DNA of 46,830 bases from Verrucomicrobiales bacterium (GTDB taxonomy: Bacteria > Verrucomicrobiota > Verrucomicrobiia > Limisphaerales > Palsa-1400). The translations under genes were made by a program, and so were the position numbers. Positions within the stretch are counted from its first letter, which is position 1. Every line of letters begins with the position of its first letter. Location: positions 50,333 through 97,162 of the forward strand of contig PLGF01000083.1 of NCBI GenBank assembly GCA_003138485.1. Direction: 5' to 3'. Positions 40,264 through 46,830 of the stretch are shown here, piece after piece. Below the pieces are notes generated by a model, which was not told where the DNA came from, made no database searches, and was given only the letters and a program-made list of their open reading frames with translations.

Positions 40264-41335
40264 TTTTCGGCGGTTCAGGCGCGGCGCGCCGGATCATTTC
40301 GACGATGCTGGGCATTCCAATGTCTCCGTGGCAAACGGCGGCGCAACGGCCGCAGCCCACGCAAGCGACAGCCAGTTCGCGCTGGATAAAGTATTGAGCC
40401 AGCTTGCGGAAAAAGCGGCGGTTGCGGCGGTCATGCACGGCGCGGCGGGGATTGAAACCGCCCGCCATCCGCGTGAAACCGCTCAGGCCGCAGGAATCCC
40501 AGATGCGCACGCGCTCGACTTCCTCCGGCCCCACCTGGCGGTCGGAAACGGTGAAACAGGTGCAGGCCGGACAGACATAAGTGCAGCCACCGCATTCCAG
40601 GCAGCGGTTGCCGATTTCCTCCCAAGTCTTTTCCAGAATCGTCCCCTGCGAAACATAGCGGACGGTGGCGGTAAACCAGCTCGTGGTGGTTCCAAAACGT
40701 TTGCGCACCTCCGCCAGAATGGCGCGCCGGCGTTCGACGCACGCGCCGGTTCCCTTGCGGAATATCGGCTCGGAGAAAAGCTCTTCGCCGGCCGCCGTTC
40801 CGGCCACGGCCATGAATTGCCCGTCGCCAAGGTCCATGAGCTGCAAATCAAAATGCTCCCGCGCCGCGGGGCCGGTGTCGGCGCACAGGCAGAAGCAGTC
40901 GTTGCCGATGTCCTGCGCCGGGTCGGTGCAGACCATGTTCACCAAAAAGAGGTTCTTGCGCCGCCGCTCGTAATAGACATCCCGGTAATCGCGTCCGAGG
41001 TAGAACCGGTCCAGATGCCACAGGCCCGCAACGTCGCAGGAGCGGATGCCGAAGATCGCGCGCGGGGGCGCCTCGCAAGCCGGTTCAATGGTCATCGCGC
41101 CGTTCTTCCCGTGAACTCTCATCAACCGCTCAATGTGCGGAAAGACAAACCGCTTGGGCGGGTAATACGGATTGGGCAGATGAAGCCGCACCTGAGCGCG
41201 GTTCTCGTCCGTGACGGTGTCGAAATAGCTGTCGCGGCCCCGGCCGCAGAAGGGCGCGATAACTTCCCGGCCCCGCGCGCGGAGCAGGTCCACGATCTTC
41301 AGAACGTTCCCACTGTCAATCAGACGCGCCTTCAT
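40244..41335 (-). CDS. 4Fe-4S dicluster subunit (AsrA/HydB sulfhydrogenase-beta-like)
   Basis: PKRFVFP, IFGIRSCD, D.YY..RR, CFC, CLECGGCTYVCPACTC, R.WDSC, CVGCGRCAAVC. Confidence 0.88.
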   Translation of the reverse strand: MKARLIDSGNVLKIVDLLRARGREVIAPFCGRGRDSYFDTVTDENRAQVRLHLPNPYYPPKRFVFPHIERLMRVHGKNGAMTIEPACEAPPRAIFGIRSCDVAGLWHLDRFYLGRDYRDVYYERRRKNLFLVNMVCTDPAQDIGNDCFCLCADTGPAAREHFDLQLMDLGDGQFMAVAGTAAGEELFSEPIFRKGTGACVERRRAILAEVRKRFGTTTSWFTATVRYVSQGTILEKTWEEIGNRCLECGGCTYVCPACTCFTVSDRQVGPEEVERVRIWDSCGLSGFTRMAGGFNPRRAVHDRRNRRFFRKLAQYFIQRELAVACVGCGRCAAVCHGDIGMPSIVEMIRRAAPEPPKNEPAQH

Positions 41336-43353
41336 GATGCCCCCGCTTCCAGGCGCACCGGAACGACCGAGCCGCCGCCGGCCGCGCCGAGTATCTCCCG
41401 TTTTAATTGCCGCACGAAGTACGGCACAAACGCCGTCCCGCCCCGAACTTCGGGCGTCACCCGCGCCGTGGAGGAGAGCGAGCCGCCGGCGGTGCTCAGG
41501 CGGATGCGTCCGCCGTCCCGGATGCCGAGGCGCTTGGCGTCATCGGTGTTGATCTCGACGAAACCGTCCGGATAATCCAGCAACAGGAGACGGTATTCGC
41601 GCTTCAATGTTTCGCTGTGTCTGATGAGGACATTCTGGTGCCAGTAATAGAGCGAATGGCCGAACACCAGGGTGAAGGGGTATCCGTCCGGATTGCCCGC
41701 CGATTTGGGCGGGCGGACGACGGGAGCAAATTTGAAGGGGCGGCTCATTTGATCATCGGCAAACAGGAAGCGGGTTCCCAGAGGGCGGTCAGTCGTGCAG
41801 GGCCATTGGCGGCCGTAATCGCGGGCGAGGTTCTCATGGCTGGCGCCGCTGTAGAAGGGGATGACCGTCCCGATCTCCTGCATGACATCCGCGGCGGATT
41901 GATAATTCCAATTGGCCCCCATGGCGCGGGCCAGGCGCGTCAATTGCTCCCAGGCGGGCATCGGTCCCTCGGGCGGGTCAATCACCCGTTCAGCGAGTTG
42001 AATCCGCCTCTCAGTGCTTGTGAAGGTGACGCGCTCTTCGCCAAATACCGTCGTCGGCAGCACCACATCGGCGAACTCCGCCGAATCAGTCATGAACAGA
42101 TGCTGCACCACCACCAGCTCGCATCGCCGCATCGCTTCGGCGGCGTCCCCGAAGAACGCCGTGCTAACGGGGTCATAACGCCCCAGCCAGAGCGCCTTCA
42201 GCGGCGTGGGACCGCCGCCAAAGAGCGTCTCGGCGCCCACTCCGGGCACGGCGGGCACCTTCGCTCCCCAGACGCTTTCCAACGCGGCGCGCGCCCCGGC
42301 ATCCGTGACGGGCTGATAGCCCGGCAAGCGGTCCGGCAGCATCCCCATGTCACACACACCTTGCAAATTATTATGCTCCGCCAGCGGAAACACTCCCGCC
42401 CCTTCTTTTCCCAGGTTGCCGGTCAGCAGCGCCAGATTGATGATCGCCCGGATGCTGTCCTCGTCGCGCGCTTCAATCCCGGTCGAGTATAGGATCGCCG
42501 CCGTCCGCGCCCGGCCATAGGCCAGAGCCGCCGCCTCGATCAACTCCGCCGGCACGCCGCATCCTTCGGCGGCCTGCAGCAGGTCGTACTCCCGTGCGCG
42601 GGCCAGAAAAGCATCGCATCCCTCGCAGCGGGCTTTGATGAAGGGCAGATTCATCAGCCCGCGGTCCACGATGACCTTTGCGAGCGCGCCGTACAGGAGA
42701 GATTCAGTGCCCGGTTTGATCTGCAAAAAAATGTCGGCGTTTTCCGCGATCCGATGACGGCGGGAATCAACGACGATGAGCCGGGCGCCGTTGAGCTTGG
42801 CGCGAATGACCCAGCCGCCGATGGTGGGCAACTGCCGGGCAAGGTCAACGCCATCGACAATGATGACGCCGCTGCGGGCCAGTTCGCCGATGGAGTTGGA
42901 GCTGGCGGGGACGCCGGTCATTTCCAGCAGGACGTTCAAGGAGTTGTTGCAATAGACGCCGGCGCCGTGATCCACGTTGTTGGTGCCGATGATGGCGCGG
43001 GCCAGCTTCTGCAGGAGGTATGCCTCCTCGTTGGAGCAGCGCGGCGAATCCAGGAAGGCGACAGATTCGGGGCCGTATTGGTCGCGGATTCTTTTGAGCC
43101 GGGGGGCGACGAAATCGAACGCCTCATCCCAGGAGACTTTTTCAAACCGGCCGTCCTTCTTGATCAAGGGGCTGGTGAGGCGGTCCGGGGAACTGGCCAC
43201 TTCATGCACGTGCCAGCCGCGGACGCAAATCTTCCCGCTGTTGGCGGGATGAGACATGCTCGGATACACCCCTACGATTTTGTTCCCGGCGGTTTCCAGG
43301 TAGATACCACAACCGGTGCCACAGAAAGTGCAGGTGGTGAGCTGGGGGAGCAT
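41332..43353 (-). CDS. FdhF-like molybdopterin-oxidoreductase-family protein with a degenerate active site
   Basis: N-terminal 4Fe-4S motif CTFCGTGC...CVRG and FdhF-like backbone (RCSNEEAYLLQKLARAIIGTNNVD, NNLQGVCDMG, ADVVLP). The catalytic segment reads HGAGVYCNNS and the Arg-loop reads LAEHNN. Confidence 0.85.
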   Translation of the reverse strand: MLPQLTTCTFCGTGCGIYLETAGNKIVGVYPSMSHPANSGKICVRGWHVHEVASSPDRLTSPLIKKDGRFEKVSWDEAFDFVAPRLKRIRDQYGPESVAFLDSPRCSNEEAYLLQKLARAIIGTNNVDHGAGVYCNNSLNVLLEMTGVPASSNSIGELARSGVIIVDGVDLARQLPTIGGWVIRAKLNGARLIVVDSRRHRIAENADIFLQIKPGTESLLYGALAKVIVDRGLMNLPFIKARCEGCDAFLARAREYDLLQAAEGCGVPAELIEAAALAYGRARTAAILYSTGIEARDEDSIRAIINLALLTGNLGKEGAGVFPLAEHNNLQGVCDMGMLPDRLPGYQPVTDAGARAALESVWGAKVPAVPGVGAETLFGGGPTPLKALWLGRYDPVSTAFFGDAAEAMRRCELVVVQHLFMTDSAEFADVVLPTTVFGEERVTFTSTERRIQLAERVIDPPEGPMPAWEQLTRLARAMGANWNYQSAADVMQEIGTVIPFYSGASHENLARDYGRQWPCTTDRPLGTRFLFADDQMSRPFKFAPVVRPPKSAGNPDGYPFTLVFGHSLYYWHQNVLIRHSETLKREYRLLLLDYPDGFVEINTDDAKRLGIRDGGRIRLSTAGGSLSSTARVTPEVRGGTAFVPYFVRQLKREILGAAGGGSVVPVRLEAGAS

Positions 43354-43363
43354 GATATGGAAA

Positions 43364-44374
43364 TCAAGGCGGACCCGCGGACGCCTGGCGGTAGCCAGTC
43401 AGGGCGCGCATGTATTGCGCCCGCTCAAAGGCGGAGGGGTTGGCGCAGTTGATCTGGCTGAGGCTCCCCTTGAGCTGGCCCACCGACTCAAACTTGCATT
43501 TCTCCATCCACGCCGCCAGATCGCGCTCGATGGTGCGGATCTGCCGGATGCCGTCGCGCAACAGCACCGCGCACAACATGGTTGCATCCGCTCCCGCCAG
43601 GAGGAGCTTGAGCACGTCGGCGCCGCTGTACACACCGCTGGTTGCCGCCAGGCTCGCATCCGTATGGCCAAAGAGAAGCGCTATCCAGCGCAGCGGCAGC
43701 CGCAGGGCCGACGGAGAGCTTGGCACGATGTTGGGGGTGATCTCCAGCGTTTCCAGATCAATATCGGGCTGATAAAACCGGTTGAACAACACCAAGCCGT
43801 CGGCCCCGGCCTCATCGAGCCGCGCCGCGAAGTTGGCAAAGTTGGTGAAGAACGGGCTTAATTTCACGGCCACCGGAATCTTCACTTCCGCGCTCACGTC
43901 GCGCACGATTTGCAGGTACTTCCCTTCGATGTCCGCCGCGGTTTGTTTCGCGTCGGCCGGGATGTTATAGATGTTCAGCTCAATCGCATCGGCGCCAGCC
44001 ACCTCGATGTCGCGGGCGTATTTGGTCCAGCCGCCCGACGAGCAGGCGTTCAAGCTGGCGATCACCGGGATGCCGACGGAGCGCTTGGCGCGCTCGACGT
44101 GGGCAAGGTATTCCTGCGGCTCCAGGTTGAATTCCTCCGGTTCGGGGAAGTAACTCAACGACTCCGCGAAACTGGAAGTGCCCCGCTCCAGGCTCTCCTC
44201 AACATCCAGGCGGTCCCTGAGCAACTGCTCCTCGAACAACGAATACAGCACGACGGCCGACGCGCCTGCGTCCTCCATTCGTTTGATGTTGTCAAGCTGC
44301 TGCGAAAGCGGCGAGGCCGAGCAGACCAACGGCGTGCGCAGCTTGAGTCCCAGATAGGTGGTAGTCAGGTCCAT
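43364..44374 (-). CDS. Dihydroorotate dehydrogenase-like FMN protein (PFOR-associated subgroup lacking the catalytic Cys)
   Basis: MDLTTTYLGLKLRTPL, SLFEEQ, PVIASLN, IELNIY (SCPN absent), PVAVKLSPFF, LVLFNRFYQPDID. Confidence 0.85.
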   Translation of the reverse strand: MDLTTTYLGLKLRTPLVCSASPLSQQLDNIKRMEDAGASAVVLYSLFEEQLLRDRLDVEESLERGTSSFAESLSYFPEPEEFNLEPQEYLAHVERAKRSVGIPVIASLNACSSGGWTKYARDIEVAGADAIELNIYNIPADAKQTAADIEGKYLQIVRDVSAEVKIPVAVKLSPFFTNFANFAARLDEAGADGLVLFNRFYQPDIDLETLEITPNIVPSSPSALRLPLRWIALLFGHTDASLAATSGVYSGADVLKLLLAGADATMLCAVLLRDGIRQIRTIERDLAAWMEKCKFESVGQLKGSLSQINCANPSAFERAQYMRALTGYRQASAGPP

Positions 44375-44400
44375 AAGTTAATTGATTTGTTCGGGGCGTT

Positions 44401-46830
44401 CTAGGCGGATGGCTGCACAGGGATGGTGATTTTTGGCTCGACCGGCGTGGCGGGCTCCACCTTGAGCGTGCGGCTCTGCATGAACTGGTAGAATTTCCGC
44501 CGGCTATCGACATCGGACTGCGCCCGTGCGAACAATTGGCGCGCGGCGTCCGGCTTGCTCATGGTGAGCATCTTGAAGCGGTTTTCCGAGAGCAGATAAT
44601 CCTTGATAGGCGCCTTGGGCGGCGGAGAGTCCAATTGCAGCGGATTCTCGCCGAGATCGGCCCGGCGGGGATCATAACGGTAAAGAAGCCACTGTCCGCA
44701 ATCAACGGCCAGCTTTTGCTGGCGCGCTCCCACGCCGATGTCCACCGCGATGCCGTGTGCAATGCAATGGCTGTAAGCCATGATGAGGGACGGGCCGGGA
44801 TAGGACTCCGCCTCGACAAAGGCCTTGAGGGTCTGATCATCCTTGGCCCCCATCGCCACGCTGGCGACGTACACGTTGCCGTAGGCCATCGCGATGAGGC
44901 CAAGGTCCTTCTTGCAGCCCGGCTTGCCGCCGGCCGCGAATTTGGCGACCGCTCCGCGCGGGGTGGCCTTGGACATCTGTCCGCCGGTGTTGGAATAGAC
45001 CTCCGTATCAAGCACAAGCACATTGACCTTCCGTCCGCTGGCCAGCACATGATCCAGCCCGCCGTAGCCGATGTCGTAGGCCCAGCCGTCGCCGCCGATG
45101 ATCCAAACGCTCTTCTTGACGAGATTATCGGCCAGGCTCAGGAGCAGGCGCGCTTCGGGAGAACCGAGCGCCTGCAACTTCTGCTTCAAGACGGCCACGC
45201 GCTCGCGCTGTTCGGCAATCCCCGTCTCGTCAGCCTGGTTGGAATGCAAGAGTTGGTTGGCGAGATCATCGCCGATCGTGCCGGCCAGTTTGATCACCAG
45301 TTCCTGCGCCATGTCCCTTTGCTTGTCCAGCGAAACGCGGAAGCCCATGCCGAATTCGGCGTTGTCCTCAAACAAGGAATTGCACCAAGTCGGCCCGCGG
45401 CCCTGGGCATCCTTCGCGTAAGGCGTGGTGGGGAGGTTGCCGCCGTAGATGGATGAGCAGCCAGTCGCGTTGGCGATGACGGCCCGGTCGCCGAACAACT
45501 GGGTCAGCAGCTTCAAATAAGGAGTCTCGCCGCAGCCGGCGCACGCGCCCGAAAACTCGAAGAGCGGCTGCATGATCTGCTGTTGCCGCAATTGGGACGT
45601 GTTGATCTTGCGCCGGTCCATTTCCGGCAGGCCGAGGAAAAACTTCCAGTTCTCCCGTTCGGACACGCGCAGCGGCTCCTGCGCCGCCATGTTGATCGCC
45701 TTGCGCTTGCTCTCCTTCTTGTCACGGGCGGGGCAGACTTCGATGCAGAGCGAGCACCCGGTGCAATCCTCGGCGGCGACTTGCAGGACAAAGCGCATGC
45801 CTTTCCATTCCGGCGCGCGGGCGGCGGCGGATTTGAACGTGGCGGGCGCTCCATCCATCTGCGCCGCGTCGCAGACTTTGGCGCGAATGGTGGCGTGAGG
45901 GCAAATGGTCGTGCATTTGAGGCATTGGATGCAAATCGCCTCGTTCCAGACGGGTATCTCCAGGGCGAGATTCCGCTTTTCAAACTGCGCGGTCGCCGTC
46001 GGAAACGTTCCGTCGCGCGGGAACGCGCTGACGGGCAGGTCGTCGCCGCGTCCGGCGGCCAGAGTTCCCAGAACGTTCCGCACGAACGGCGGGGCGTCCG
46101 GCGTGATGGGCGGCAAATAGCCGCCCGTGCCATTGACCTTGCTGGTCAGGGGCACTTCAAAGAGGTTGGCCAGGGTGTTGTCCACCGCCTTGAGGTTCTT
46201 CTGCACCACCTCTTCCCCCTTGCGCCCGTAGGTCTTCTTGATCGATTTCTTGATGGCTTCGATCGCCTCGTCCTTGGGCAGCACGCCCGAAAGCGCAAAG
46301 AAACAGACCTGCATGACGGTGTTGATGCGCCCGCCCATCCCGCTGCCGTGCGCCACGCTCGTGGCGTCAATTACGAAGAACCGCGCCTTCCGGTCCACCA
46401 GCGCCTGCTGCACCGGGGTTGGAAGGCGGGGCCAGATTTCGTCGCGCGACAAGGGCGAATTGAGCAGGAACGTGCCGCCGGGCACCAAGTCCCGCAGCAT
46501 GTCGTAGCGCTCCAGGAAGCCGGGCTGGTGGCAGGCGACAAAATTCGCGCGTGTGATTAAATAGCTGGATCGGATTTGCTGCCGGCCGAAGCGCAGGTGC
46601 GACACGGTCATGGAGCCGGATTTCTTGGAGTCATAGACAAAATAGCCCTGGGCGCAATAGGGGGTGTTCTCACCTATGATTTTGATCGAGTTCTTGTTGG
46701 CGCCCACCGTGCCGTCAGCACCAAGCCCGTAGAAGAGCGCCCGGACTACGTCATCGGGTTCGGTCGAGAATTCCGCGTCCACCGGGAGGCTGGTGAAGGA
46801 GACGTCGTCGTTGATGCCGACGGTGAAATG
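44401..46830 (-). CDS. nifJ: Pyruvate:ferredoxin (flavodoxin) oxidoreductase, homodimeric type; 5' part outside the window
   Basis: Frame is open to the window edge (HFTVGINDDV...). GLGADGTVGANKNS, YDSKKSG, CIQCLKCTTICPH, CTGCSLCIEVCP, FEFSGACAGCGET, NATGCSSIYGG, GGDGWAYDIG (TPP), EVYSNTGGQ. Confidence 0.96.
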   Translation of the reverse strand, partial: HFTVGINDDVSFTSLPVDAEFSTEPDDVVRALFYGLGADGTVGANKNSIKIIGENTPYCAQGYFVYDSKKSGSMTVSHLRFGRQQIRSSYLITRANFVACHQPGFLERYDMLRDLVPGGTFLLNSPLSRDEIWPRLPTPVQQALVDRKARFFVIDATSVAHGSGMGGRINTVMQVCFFALSGVLPKDEAIEAIKKSIKKTYGRKGEEVVQKNLKAVDNTLANLFEVPLTSKVNGTGGYLPPITPDAPPFVRNVLGTLAAGRGDDLPVSAFPRDGTFPTATAQFEKRNLALEIPVWNEAICIQCLKCTTICPHATIRAKVCDAAQMDGAPATFKSAAARAPEWKGMRFVLQVAAEDCTGCSLCIEVCPARDKKESKRKAINMAAQEPLRVSERENWKFFLGLPEMDRRKINTSQLRQQQIMQPLFEFSGACAGCGETPYLKLLTQLFGDRAVIANATGCSSIYGGNLPTTPYAKDAQGRGPTWCNSLFEDNAEFGMGFRVSLDKQRDMAQELVIKLAGTIGDDLANQLLHSNQADETGIAEQRERVAVLKQKLQALGSPEARLLLSLADNLVKKSVWIIGGDGWAYDIGYGGLDHVLASGRKVNVLVLDTEVYSNTGGQMSKATPRGAVAKFAAGGKPGCKKDLGLIAMAYGNVYVASVAMGAKDDQTLKAFVEAESYPGPSLIMAYSHCIAHGIAVDIGVGARQQKLAVDCGQWLLYRYDPRRADLGENPLQLDSPPPKAPIKDYLLSENRFKMLTMSKPDAARQLFARAQSDVDSRRKFYQFMQSRTLKVEPATPVEPKITIPVQPSA

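Noticed and set aside
39415-41335. Anaerobic sulfite reductase (asrABC) or group 3b sulfhydrogenase
   Set aside because: No sirohaem AsrC subunit and no group 3b small or large subunits are present; the adjacent hydrogenase is group 4.
41332-43353. Possible selenocysteine formate dehydrogenase
   Set aside because: There is no in-frame TGA; the Sec-equivalent codon encodes Tyr.

Overview
GC-rich bacterial window, most likely Verrucomicrobiota (inferred from an Akkermansia Amuc_1098-1101-like cluster and Thr-Asn-rich exported proteins). Almost every real gene is on the minus strand; most + strand ORFs in the track are antisense shadows. In transcription order (right to left): (1) a tightly packed operon of at least 12 genes: pyruvate:ferredoxin oxidoreductase (5'-truncated by the window), a DHODH-like flavoprotein, an FdhF-like protein lacking the formate-oxidising residues, AsrA/AsrB-like (HydB/HydG-like) Fe-S and FAD/NAD(P) subunits, and a Hyc-type group 4 membrane [NiFe]-hydrogenase with protease and HypA; (2) rpmE-prfA-HAD phosphatase; (3) an amber-interrupted DUF4240-like/Sel1 gene, a 155-bp MITE/REPIN-like element, a GAF-3xPAS hybrid histidine kinase and a three-gene TA-like cassette; (4) exosortase, EpsI, priming sugar transferase and UDP-glucuronate decarboxylase; (5) PilM(N), Amuc_1100-like, Amuc_1099-like and secretin genes running into a stand-alone 5'-3' exonuclease and four exported proteins. 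The last of these is a >2,100-aa Calx-beta/delta-60 protein missing from the ORF track because it runs off the left edge. Best candidates for an undescribed system: the PFOR-linked, formate-hydrogenlyase-like complex with a degenerate FDH and an NAD(P)H module, and the secretin/exosortase/glycan locus with TN-rich cargo. All family assignments come from motifs recognised by eye; no database search was run.
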